Below, piece after piece: positions 10,411-21,954 of a stretch of DNA of 32,906 bases. Made by a program: the position numbers and the translations under genes. Source of the DNA: Octopus bimaculoides (Eukaryota). Numbering within the stretch: position 1 is the first letter of the stretch; each line of letters starts with the position of its first letter. The notes under the pieces were generated by a model that made no database searches, was not told the origin of the DNA, and saw nothing but the letters and a program-made list of their open reading frames with translations. Where the stretch lies: NCBI RefSeq assembly GCF_001194135.2, contig NC_069001.1, positions 19,025,006-19,057,911 of the forward strand, in the 5' to 3' direction.

Positions 10411-10964
10411 TTGTTATTATTGCTGTTGTCTTAAGTGGGTAAGGGCTTAATAGGCAGCACAGCTAATAATGAGTTGCTTATTTGGATGGCTGTTGACTCT
10501 TCATAGTTCATTCACCCTTTGACAGGTCTTGTATTAAATCCTGCAGGGTGACCAAATAGCAAGAAAAGCACCCTCCTTACAAAGCAAGTTCTGTGGTGTT
10601 GCCGGTTAGTTGCTGACAGCCTGGCACCTGTGATTCGATGATTGGAAAGAAAGAGACAGTGGGAGGAGAGAAAAATTTTAAAAAGGTGGGTACAGTGAGG
10701 GAACACAACGGACTTAAACAGTAGTTTTAGTTATAGATGAGAGGCTTAAATCTACCAAAGGGCAGCGTGGGAGTTAATGCTGTTTATTATTAGGATTATT
10801 TTATTCTATTTTTGGGTAGTTGCAGTAAACACAAGTTGTTTGGTTGATCTGGTAGTGTTAGGGGACAGGTGGAAGAAGTTACAGGAAGAACAAGAGCAAG
10901 CTGGAAGATATCGTTATCTAGGCAGCAAGAAAAAAAGAGAAAACAGCATGTTTTCTCCAAAAGA

Positions 10965-11304
10965 AGACCACCGGTTAATGTTTACAATATTACCCAGAAA
11001 TGGAAAAAAAAATAATAGTGCAACAGGTGTAAAAAAAAATGTGTAGGAAATGAAAATGAAAAAAACACGTGCAGAAAGCAATGGAGGGAGGGGGAGAGGA
11101 CTTCGGAAAATTCAAAAGATCCAAATTTTTCCCTCATAACTTTTAGGAAAATGTTTTTTTTTTTTCAAATGGCATAGATTACGATTATAAAGAAATTTGT
11201 GGGTAAAATCTTTTCCGAAGGGGTGGGGAGAGAACTTTGGAAAATTCACAAGATCCAATTTTTTCCGTCATAACTTTAAGGGAAATGGATATCTTTGAAT
11301 GAAA

Positions 11305-11341
<37 letters not shown>

Positions 11342-12147
11342 AAACGGCTATGGATGCCTGTTCCGCAAACCCCTTATTTTTGTTCGGAAAAAGGTGTTGG
11401 TGGGGAGAAACCAGAATTGTTAGAAAATGCTTCTCTTTTTCTAATGAATGAATTATGGTGACCTAATATGCCATAATCTGCAATCTGGGATTAATATATC
11501 AAGTGATTTTAAAAAGGTATGTAAAAGATATTTTGTTTTTATATTATAATTTTATTTGTTTCACACACACACAAACACTAACGTGGTTTTTGTAAGGATT
11601 TTGTTCATTCTTTCTCTTCTATCCAGACTTCGTGACCACTAATTTTTACAACTTCAGCATTTTCGCTTATTATTCTTTTCAAACTTGTTTGGATTTTCAC
11701 TCTAGAAAAGGTATTTCTGCAAAATGTTATCTTAAAAAATATGGGCAAAGAAAAGGGTCAGTATAAAGACCTTCACCCAGGAACAAAAAAAGGCAAGACT
11801 TCCACCCGTCCCCCACCTTTCGGCTATGGGGAATACGAATCTGCAAAAAAATTGGCAAAAATCGACATTTCTAAATTACCACCTCCACCCCCATTTTTTT
11901 TTTTTATAAATATGCGGAAAAATACGAACATCCTCAAAGTTATGGGTGAAAACCTCGGATCTTGTGAATTTTCCGAAGTCCTCTCCCCACCCCCATTGCT
12001 TTCCGCACATTTTTTTTTATATTCGTTTCCTACACATTTTTTTACACTGTTATTATTATTTTTTTTTTTTTGCACTATTATTTTTTTATTTTTTTTATTT
12101 TCGTCTCTGGGTAATATTGTAAACATTAAACCGGCCACGCTCGGTCT
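10965..12147. mobile_element. Non-autonomous foldback/MITE-like element with ~180-200-bp inverted arms and an internal sub-repeat
   Basis: 10971-11148 matches the reverse complement of ~11927-12134; 11221-11280 is a direct copy of ~11090-11146; (TA)n at ~11306-11335; no coding capacity. Confidence 0.75.
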
Positions 12148-12949
12148 GCAAGAAACAACTTAGACGTATTGCTATGTTAGAAATAGAATCAATCTAACGA
12201 AGGGAAAAAAAGAGCAAACTTACTGTTGAAAAGTTTCAAAGTCCGTCTCTAAGGTCCATAGAAAGAAACTAATATAATTTAGCTGTCACAGTTTACCCTA
12301 TCCTATTGATGATAGCTATTACTTCCACTTCACATAGCGTCAACTATTATTTATAAAAAGCTGAAGACCGTTCAGGTTGTCTCCCTTATCAACAGGATAC
12401 AAGAATTACCTCCCTCTGATAGAAAAAAATTTATTTTTTTTTCGCCAATAAATTTCACCGCGTTCGCTCCATTTGCTAGAAATAGTAGCCAGGTTGTAAT
12501 GTGACATCTACAATATACGTTTAATGATGTAATCTAAGAAACACTTTTGATAATAGAGTCTGTTTTGGGCTAGACAAAATAATTGTTTTAATTTTGTTTT
12601 TATAGAATTATTTAAAATATTATTTTGACTTATAAGAATTTATTTTAGTTATTTTAGCTTTGACTTCATTTGTTTTGGCACCTCCATCTCTACCATCTTT
12701 AGCCTTCCTACTTATTCCCACCTATCACATATATAATATGGTGTAACCATACATCTCATCCATAGCATGATACTACACTTGCCCCTCTCTCATTCTTTAG
12801 CCTTTGAACACTCAGTATAAAACCACATTCCCCTCTAAAATATTCCCCATAGATGCTCTTAGTAGCAGAAAGTTTTTCCTTTTCCATTTTCTCTCTCCCT
12901 TATTCTGTCTTGTAACTTGACATTAGAGCTTGATGCTGCTCGAATGGAT

Positions 12950-13012
12950 TGCTAGATCATTTCAAACAGTCCAACTTATACCAGCATGGAAAACGAATGT
13001 TAAATGATGATG
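12950..13012 (+). mobile_element. Short RTE/SINE tail fragment
   Basis: GTCCAAC..ATACCAGCATGGAAAACGAATGTTAAATGATGATG. Confidence 0.75.
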
Positions 13013-13044
13013 TATTTTATTCTGAAATGATAAGAAATTATGGC

Positions 13045-13487
13045 AGAATTCTGCTTTATGCACAGCATACAACTCCTTCAAATTTTTTTATTTTTTGGAA
13101 TTTTCAGAAAATATTTGGGAATTTGTGTTCTACACATGGGAATTCATACAACTATGAAAAAAAATTATTTTTTTGATTTTTCAAAATTAAAAAAAAAATT
13201 TTTCCAGGCATTTTTCTTTTAAATCACAGTTTAAAATACAGGCTTCTGGAGAGAATGATATTGAAAAAAATCGATACGTCAGAGTGACAGACAAGGAGGG
13301 TGGTTGTGAGATGTGCTAAGAATAACAGCTTAAATCACACATAAAAAAAAATTTCTCTTTTTGTTTGGGTTTTTGCATAATTGTATGAATTCCCATGTGT
13401 AGAATACAAATTTGCAAAAAAAATTCTGAAAATTCCAAAAATAAAGAAATTATGAGGGGTTATATACCATTTGTAAAGCAGAATTCT
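13045..13487. mobile_element. MITE-like element with ~120-bp terminal inverted repeats
   Basis: AGAATTCTGCTTTA...CTACACATGGGAATTCATACAA (13045-~13160) is inverted at ~13372-13487; no clear TSD. Confidence 0.8.
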
Positions 13488-13698
13488 TATATATAAAATT
13501 ATTATCTCTTTATATGTTTACTCATGGCCTCAGAAAAATTCCACATTTTATAAGTTGTGATTTTTTTATTCCAAAAGTTATGCTTCTTCTTAATATTGTT
13601 TATTGTCATAAAGATTTTTCAATAAATTGAAGTTGTTAAAAAAATAAGGTTTTGTTAACTTATAGTAGTGGTCCCCAACTTCTTTTCCTAAATCTTGT

Positions 13699-13880
13699 CA
13701 TCATCATTTAATGTCCATTGCATGGGTTGAACAGTTTGACCAGAACTGGCAAGCTGGAGAACTGCACCAGGTTCCAGTTTCATTCGACATGGCTTCTACA
13801 GCTGGATGCCCTTCCTAACACCAACCATTTCAAGAGTGTAATGGGTGCTTTTACAAGTATTTATACATGGCACTGGCACA
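13699..13880 (-). mobile_element. RTE/SINE tail copy, minus strand
   Basis: (TCA)n followed by CTACAGCTGGATGCCCTTCCTAA and GTAATGGGTGCTTTT, the reverse complement of ~3915-3972. Confidence 0.85.
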
Positions 13881-14307
13881 GGAATCTTGGGGGGCCATTC
13901 CTTTTCCCTCAAATGGCCTTAACACTTCTACTGTGGAGTATGGGTCTTAGGTAATGCTTCATAAATTTTCATACTCAATACAAAAGTTATAACACATTTT
14001 ATAAGATGAAAAGAAAGTCAATTTTCCTTTTTTAATTGAACCACGGACAGTAGTGTGCTTTAATATATTCAACTGTTTTTATATATTGAACTCAGTTTAT
14101 AAACTAGAAACATTAATTTAGCAATTACAAAAACTGTCACTGGTGACAATTGTGTACACAGATACATTAAATCTACATTTGTTGAATAGTAGAATTGTTG
14201 ATGGGTTTTATAGAAGAAAGTTACTTTCAATCATTCAGAATTTATCCTGGAAGGTGAGTTTAATAAAGTTTATACATACACATACAAATGGATGTTTGTT
14301 TATTTGT

Positions 14308-14514
14308 TTGAGGTCCCTGAAGGCCCTGGTAATCCTGGCCCTCAGCTCATCCTTTGTGTCGCTGCTGGATTTGTTGGTTTTTCATTCCACTGTGTCCCAC
14401 ACATAGAAGCAGTCAAGTGAGTTGGGATGCCAAATATTAGGTGCTGTGTGATTGAAGAAATTCTCCGACAGCCAGGTCCACGTCTTCTGGCTGGTGTGAC
14501 AGGGCACTGAGTCT
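14308..14514 (-). mobile_element. maT-like (IS630-Tc1-mariner) transposase C-terminal fragment
   Basis: DSVPCHTSQKTWTWLSENFFNHTAPNIWHPNSLDCFYVWDTVE*KTNKSSSDTKDELRARITRAF, similar in pattern to 25964-26305. Confidence 0.8.
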
Positions 14515-14650
14515 CACCTTATTGACAGTACTTGTTGGATTAGAAAGCTCTCACAAGCCATTTGTCTATTCTTAGCTTTCTTAATGACCACCAGATCATA
14601 GAGCAAGAGATCTTGTTGAAAATTTCTCCAGATTAACAAATATATTATAA

Positions 14651-14790
14651 GTGCAGAAATGGCTATGGTTGAGAAGTTTACATGTGGTTTTAGGTTTAGT
14701 CCCACTGCGTGGTACTACTACTACAGCTCCAGGTCAGCCAAAGCCTTGTGAGTGGATTTGGTAGATGAAAAGTGAAAAGAGACTATCATA
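14651..14790 (+). mobile_element. tRNA-derived SINE fragment (cephalopod-type)
   Basis: GGTTTAGTCCCACTGCGTGG...CCAAAGCCTTGTGAGTGGATTTGGTAGA, recognised as an abundant Octopus SINE; related to 17332-17470. Confidence 0.7.
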
Positions 14791-15617
14791 TGTATTGTAA
14801 TAAGAGTGAAATTCTGTCTGTCTGTCTGGGACCTCTGTATCTCAGTCTTCATTTGTTCTACATAGACATATTTTACCTTTTTGGAAACAGGATGATCCCG
14901 AGATTGAAGATCTTCCCTTCATTTGGTTCTTGAATATCTGATTTAAAAGCATTTGGGTTGCTATTTCTAGCAGGTAAAGTTTGGCTGACATAACATCTTG
15001 ATTGGCCTTTGTCAGAGATCGAGGGGGAAATAAATGACATTCACTTTGTTAATTTTACTTCAAGATAAGAACTTTGGGACAAATTGACCAACAGTTGGAA
15101 TTCAAATTTGAACTGGAACAATAGAATGATTGCATTACAGAATTAATTCTCATCTGTCCTTAACCTCTGATCAAACCCCAATGGGGCATATAGTCATGCT
15201 ATTTAACTTTCTTTAGTTTGGCGCTGCTGGCCCAATCAGCCCTCTGCAGGAGATAGCTTAAAAGTCCACATGGAGTGTGTCCTTTAAGCTAGGATGTAAT
15301 ATGTGTGTGTCTGTGCCTGTGTTCACAATCACTTGTACAAAAGTAGAGCAATTGGTATTGTCAGTTTCTCTTCAAACAAAACTGCCAGGCACTTTGTATC
15401 TATGTGGATTAAGTGATCCCTTACTTGAAAAACTGGTCAGGAAGAGCATCTGGCTGTAAAATATAATGTGTACCCAACATTCTATGTCTGCATTTGTATT
15501 CATGCATGGTAAAATAAATGGCAGTAAATGAATGTATGTGTGTGTGTGCGTGCACACGCACACACTTTATATATATGTATATATATTTTGATGTTTTTCT
15601 ATTTTTCTCTGTTTCAG

Positions 15618-15650
15618 GGCAAAGATTACTGCTCTGAAGAGGAAACGTAG
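15618..15650 (+). CDS. C1orf21: Terminal coding exon of C1orf21/DUF4612 homolog (GKDYCSEEET*)
   Basis: Strong acceptor TTTTTCTCTGTTTCAG at 15617; phase 0; matches recalled human GRDYCSEEEDIT; TAG at 15648-15650. Confidence 0.92.
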   Translation, partial: GKDYCSEEET

Positions 15651-16825
15651 CAGATGTCCAGTGGGTGACTAGCACAGGCTTTATGTGGGTTCCCTTTCTG
15701 ATGGCACTTCCAAATCAAAACAAAACAAAACAATCATTTTAAACAACAACAGTAATAATTATAGTAATAACAACAACAACAACTACATTCAAAAAGAAGA
15801 AACACAAAGACTGGAGACAACTAAAAGCCCATCCAATATTCAGCCAGCATTCAGTTCGACCCTACCTATGACAGAGCTTTCATATCTCTCTTTGACTTTT
15901 ACATTGCCATCTGCAATACCAATAGCTTTAAAAGCTTGCTCGTAACAATTTAATCATGATGATGATGATAATGATGATATTGACAATAATAAGGAATTAT
16001 AGTAATTTAAGTGTTATACACTCACATACATATATGTCCATATATGCATGTGTGTGTGTCTATATTCATATATGTATGTGTGTGTGTATAGATATATATA
16101 TAAACACACATATAGCCACTTTAAACATACAAGCCAACAAACAAAAAAAATCCAAACAATATTCTCTTTCGTCAATATAATTCTACAGGAGTGATGTTAG
16201 CACCAGCATTATCATTGTCATCACCATCATCCCCACCACACATACACACACCCGCACATATACACTACTGTACTCTCAATACCACACCATACATTTCTTG
16301 AATAAAACAACAAAACTTTTAAAAGAATTGTGAAAATTGTTAAAAATTGAATTCTCCCAATTTAAAAGGAAAGAAACTTAGGAAGAGAACAAAGTAAAAG
16401 TGAAGAAAAGAATAAAGAAATAAGAAAGAAAGAATGAATGAAGGAAAATAGAATGACAGAAAGGAAAGAAGAAAGAGTGTAGAAGAGATTTTCTATTTAA
16501 AGCCAACATTTTCACAAATATTATGAATGAAAAACTGAAGCAAGAAGAAATTCTTCGTGTCTGCTACCCTGATTTTATATGTCTAAAAGAATTCTTTGAG
16601 ACTGTTCTAACTCTTTGCTGCCATAGTTTACCAAAAAGACGTGCAATATATATTCTTTGAAAGTTTCTAACCCTAACCCTTCACCTGAAACAAATCTAAA
16701 AGCAACAAAATTTCTTGTGTTTTTTTTTTTTTTATTTTGTTATTTCCTTTTTTACCTCCTCTTCATATCATCACCACTACCACTACTCCACTACTACTAT
16801 TATTCACCTTCATCTACAGATTGGG

Positions 16826-17020
16826 GGAAGTCTTTGTGTGGCCTGTTGACATGCTAGAAACAAGTAGTCAAGTACCTTCCTTAAACCCTACCTTTACCCA
16901 ATTGTCTTAAATAAACATAAACATTAGACAAAGTTGGTCCCTGAAACTTTAAATGGGATGGTTTTGATCATAGATATACTCAATCAGGACTGACCTGCCC
17001 GTGGTTATACAATAACAGCA
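16826..17020 (+). repeat. Octopus-type dispersed repeat (..TGCTAGAAA..GGATGGT..CTGACC..)
   Basis: Related pieces at ~12474-12500, ~14955-14978 (minus) and 22805-22945; family recognised from memory. Confidence 0.55.
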
Positions 17021-17331
17021 ACATTTTTACTCCATTTCTCTGACTTACTGTTTTAATTAGGTTGAAATAAATTCCAACCTAAAACACTGGAACTTAACAC
17101 GTCACATCCTCCAGGGGCCACCACCACTCTCATCTTCATTCCATCCTTTCATCATCTGGACCATTCCCCCGCATCAACCTCTTTTCTTAATTGAACATAT
17201 TTTCTTTTTCTATTTGCTTGTTGTTATAAATCTTTAAAAGTTGTTTGTCTTACTCCCTTTGACATTTTCTCCTTGTGCCATTCCTTTTCTTTGATCTCAA
17301 ACCACATCACATTGATAACTCTAGCATATTA

Positions 17332-17470
17332 CTAGGTGCACGCAGCGCTGCAGGCTTCAGAAGTTTGAGACCATGTGGTTTCTGGTTCAATCCCACTGCA
17401 TGGCAAATGTCTTTTCCTACAGTTTCGTTGAGTGAAATTTTGAGACTTTACTGGAGCTTGTCATATATGT
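17332..17470 (+). mobile_element. tRNA-derived SINE head fragment
   Basis: B-box-like GGTTCAATCC at 17384-17393 followed by CACTGCATGGCA. Confidence 0.6.
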
Positions 17471-18104
17471 GTATGCTTGTTTGCATGTGTGTGTTTGTTT
17501 TCATTTTTCCTACTCACCACTGGGGCAGTGTTTCTGTTCTGCTGCTGCTGTTATTCCAAGTGTGGCAATCCCAATGGAATAAAGTAGCTGACTTGAAACA
17601 AGTGTGGAATGGCACCAACAGTGGCAAGTTTTGTACACTCCATGCCATCTTGGGAAAGCAAGGATGATGAATGTGTATGTGTGTACGATAATGAACATGA
17701 TATGATGTATGATATGTATGTGATGATGAATATCATATGGTATAACAGACAAAAATCATTCACCCATCAACCACTCACTTTTTCAAAACAAAAATCCCCA
17801 TTAAAAAAGAAATAAATTTATTTATTTAAGATCTCACGTAAACCTGTGTTGAAATTATTTGGGGAAGAAGAAAGACACACACAGACACACAGAAACATCA
17901 CTTTTTTGCTTTTTTTTAACTATTTTTTTAAAATTGAGGTAAAAATGTTAAAAGATTTCAAAAAATAATTTTAAAAAATAGATAAAAAGAGAAAGTTTAT
18001 TGCATGAATGAGAGATAATTAGAAAGAAATAATTGAGATGTTAAAAAGAACAATAACATAAAATGAAGGGGCTGGTGTGATTTTTTTTTTTTTTTTTTTT
18101 TTTT

Positions 18105-18316
18105 NNNNNNNNNNNNNNNNNNNNNNNNNNNNNNNNNNNNNNNNNNNNNNNNNNNNNNNNNNNNNNNNNNNNNNNNNNNNNNNNNNNNNNNNNNNNNNNN
18201 NNNNNNNNNNNNNNNNNNNNNNNNNNNNNNNNNNNNNNNNNNNNNNNNNNNNNNNNNNNNNNNNNNNNNNNNNNNNNNNNNNNNNNNNNNNNNNNNNNNN
18301 NNNNNNNNNNNNNNNN
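18105..18316. other. Assembly gap
   Basis: Run of N after poly-T. Confidence 1.
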
Positions 18317-19218
18317 AACTTTTAAGTGATATGATGGTGATGATGATGTTGATAATAATAGTAATAATAATAATAATTGAATAAAGTTGAAATGGTGACA
18401 AAAATTTAAATAGAGAAATAAAAATTACCAGTTGATCCCATCCCAACTTCTCTTTCTCCCCACACAGTAAATAACAAAAAGAACTGTTTCTTTTTCTTTA
18501 GTTTTAAGGTTTGTTCTGTTGATACATTAAATAAAAAAAAAGATTAAAGAGAAAAAAAAACAAGAAAAAAGGGTGAAAATTGTGATTTTTTTCTTTGAAT
18601 ATTGAAAAAAAAAACATATGTCTTTATTTGATGATTTTTAACTATCTTTTTCTTTGAAGGTTAATCATTTTGCTTGTAACAAAGCCAAAAAACATGCTAC
18701 ACATATTTTCTCACACACACACACACACATTCACTGCTAAAAGACAAAAGCAGTTGTTGCCCCAATCCCCAGTCCTTCACATGACAGAGAGTTCATTCAT
18801 ATTATATTGACATTATTTTTGTGTCCCTTTTTTTCTGTTGTTTTTTTTCCATTGCATCATCAACAACAATCACAATTGTTACAATTTACTGATATTTCAT
18901 CAGTAAATCTTGTTTCCAGCTTGCTGTTGGTCATTGTGTCTACTCTGACCACAAACAGGATGTCGACACATTTGTGAATGTTGCTATATGTCTATATCTA
19001 AAGACGAATCCATGTGTTCAGACTACATTAAAATTTATGTTTATTTCATATGTAAATGTGTGCATGTTTTCTTTAATGTAATTGCATTAATATTTGTTGC
19101 ATGCATTATATGTCTTGTATGTATGTGTGTATAAAACTGCATTAACATTAGTTACATGCATTATGTTTGTGTATAATATGTGTGTTTGTATATGCATGTG
19201 TATATATATATATATATA

Positions 19219-19572
19219 GTTTGGTGGGTTAAAAATGCATTTGAGTCTCAAAACAAGTTGTAGTTTTTAAATTTTGTGACAAATTTGACATTCTTGTTTT
19301 GTTTTGTCTTGCAATGGTAAATACAAAAAGTTTAGGAGAGATTGAAAGTACAATATTCAGTAAGCTTCACAGAGAAAAACAGTAATACAGGTTCAGATGT
19401 TCGATGAGTTTCATAACAGTCATATGTGATCAAAAGTTCAGTAACATTGAGTTATATTAACAATATAACTCAACTTATAAGTTTTTAAAAGAGTCAGAAA
19501 AAAAAAGGATTTTTTTACAATTTCTTTCATAGTGCATGAAAGAGGATTCTTTGTTGCTGGTTTTGCTGGTGA
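19219..19572 (+). repeat. Left arm of long inverted repeat flanking the Penelope-like fragment
   Basis: Matches the reverse complement of 20654-21071 (e.g. AAAACAAGTTGTAGTTTT, AAAAGTTTAGGAGAGATTGAA, TCAGTAACATTGAGTTAT, TCATAGTGCATGAA); lacks a ~60-bp block present in the right arm. Confidence 0.85.
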
Positions 19573-19574
19573 GA

Positions 19575-20650
19575 TTTTAAATACCTTGTCAATCTAATCA
19601 ATAATAGAATTGAACATGTGAAACAATTCACATCTAAGAATTATGAAAAACAAGAAAACCTCTTGATACACACAATCCAACATGGAAGCATATAATATCA
19701 GCCATCAGAATATACACCCTTTTGATGACCAGCCTGTGAATGAAAAAAGCACTTCAAGCACATAAAATTATTAAAAGTAAAACACAACCTAAGTCCCTAA
19801 AAAAGCTACCTACTAGAGTCAAATTACCCGTCAAAATATAACCCCAATAGTAAAAAAAATGTAGCCACTTTAATTGCATCAACTTTATGGAAGGCTCACC
19901 GTATCAGTTCAAGTTAGAGCAAACATTATTTATAAAAATCATTTTACCTATACATTGAGGAACTTAATTTATATAACCAAATGCAGCAGGTGTGGTGGGG
20001 ATTACATAGGCCAAATGAACTTGACTTTGAGGGACAGAACAACAGTACGCAAGCAACAGAATCAGGACCCCACAACTAGGAAAATTCCCATAAGATCTGT
20101 GCCCCATATCTAAAATATCAAATTTTCCCTCTGTGTCAATGCACTGGAAACACCAGCTCAATTCTGATTGAATAAGAAAAATATATTTAAAGAATATAAA
20201 CCACAACTGAATACCCTATAACAATACACCAGAATGGGAAAACTCAATTTATTCCTGAAAAATGACAAGAAACAACAAACATAAATTAAAAGTTTAAGTA
20301 ATGGACTACCTCTAGGATTCAAAACCCTAACTTCAAGCCACTGTACAATTACACCTTGTGCTTTCTCAAATACCAGTTGCTACTGTCACTTCAGGCTTAA
20401 ACATATTGTTTTCTAGTCAAAGGTGGACCCTCAGGAAAAAAACAAACATTCAATTAACAGAGACCAGTGGCTTCTTAAGGAAATCAACGAACCAGAGCAC
20501 TGAGCAAAGACAAGTGACATATTCAGGTAGCCAGCCAACCAAAATGGCAGAAAAAGCAAGTTACGTCATTAAATTTACAACCAATCAGAATTTGAACCTA
20601 TACCTTAAAAACCTATATTTACAAACAATTTCAGCTTAAAACAGTTCAGT
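19575..20650 (+). mobile_element. Penelope-like element 3' fragment: linker plus GIY-YIG endonuclease pseudogene
   Basis: IKSKTQPKSLKKL linker; RNLIYITKCSRCGGDYIGQ..LRDR..KQQ; C-terminal EKYI..YKPQLN; stops and frameshifts. Confidence 0.85.
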
Positions 20651-20653
20651 CTA

Positions 20654-21071
20654 TCATCAGTGAACCAGTGACAAAGAATTCTCCTTCATGCACTATGACA
20701 GAAATTTCTTTAATCTTTATTAATTTCTTTCATTTTTGAAAATTTCATCCTATCTTATTGTTAACATAACTCAATGTTACTGAATTTTCAATTTTATGAC
20801 TTATGAAATTCATTGAAAATTTAAACATGTATTACTGTCTGTCTCTGTGAAACTTAGTGAATATTGGAATTTGTATGAATGTTTGATTTTTTAAATATGT
20901 TTTTCTGAATTTTCCTTTGTACCTTCAATCTCTCCTAAACTTTTATTTATTTACCATTGAAAAACAAGAAATTGCTGTAACCAGTTTGGTATTTTAATAC
21001 ATTTGTTACAAAATTTATAAAAAAAACTACAACTTGTTTTATGACCCAAGTGCATTTTCAACCTCCAAAAC
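20654..21071 (-). repeat. Right arm of long inverted repeat
   Basis: Partner of 19219-19572. Confidence 0.85.
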
Positions 21072-21223
21072 CAACTTTCCTATATTCATTCCTGGGAATA
21101 CACTTCTTTTCTCCATATGTGTGTGTGTGTAATATTAATGCAGTCTGGAAAATGGTTAAGATCAGAGGGAAAATATAAAGAACATAGAAATTGGGGGGGA
21201 TGATTAAAAAATTTTTTAATTTT

Positions 21224-21954
21224 NNNNNNNNNNNNNNNNNNNNNNNNNNNNNNNNNNNNNNNNNNNNNNNNNNNNNNNNNNNNNNNNNNNNNNNNNNNNN
21301 NNNNNNNNNNNNNNNNNNNNNNNNNNNNNNNNNNNNNNNNNNNNNNNNNNNNNNNNNNNNNNNNNNNNNNNNNNNNNNNNNNNNNNNNNNNNNNNNNNNN
21401 NNNNNNNNNNNNNNNNNNNNNNNNNNNNNNNNNNNNNNNNNNNNNNNNNNNNNNNNNNNNNNNNNNNNNNNNNNNNNNNNNNNNNNNNNNNNNNNNNNNN
21501 NNNNNNNNNNNNNNNNNNNNNNNNNNNNNNNNNNNNNNNNNNNNNNNNNNNNNNNNNNNNNNNNNNNNNNNNNNNNNNNNNNNNNNNNNNNNNNNNNNNN
21601 NNNNNNNNNNNNNNNNNNNNNNNNNNNNNNNNNNNNNNNNNNNNNNNNNNNNNNNNNNNNNNNNNNNNNNNNNNNNNNNNNNNNNNNNNNNNNNNNNNNN
21701 NNNNNNNNNNNNNNNNNNNNNNNNNNNNNNNNNNNNNNNNNNNNNNNNNNNNNNNNNNNNNNNNNNNNNNNNNNNNNNNNNNNNNNNNNNNNNNNNNNNN
21801 NNNNNNNNNNNNNNNNNNNNNNNNNNNNNNNNNNNNNNNNNNNNNNNNNNNNNNNNNNNNNNNNNNNNNNNNNNNNNNNNNNNNNNNNNNNNNNNNNNNN
21901 NNNNNNNNNNNNNNNNNNNNNNNNNNNNNNNNNNNNNNNNNNNNNNNNNNNNNN
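21224..21954. other. Assembly gap
   Basis: Run of N. Confidence 1.

Noticed and set aside
10777-11046. 89-aa ORF with hydrophobic N-terminus and basic tail
   Set aside because: No recognisable homology or splice context, and it runs into the foldback element arm.
15619-15665. Alternative frame AKITALKRKRSRCPV resembling an NLS
   Set aside because: The phase-0 frame GKDYCSEEET* matches C1orf21 and fits the upstream donor phase.
20625-20670. Minus-strand CTGATGA...GAAA resembling a hammerhead core at the PLE 3' end
   Set aside because: I could not form stems I-III, it is antisense to the PLE ORF, and the left-arm copy has lost the core; at best a decayed relic.
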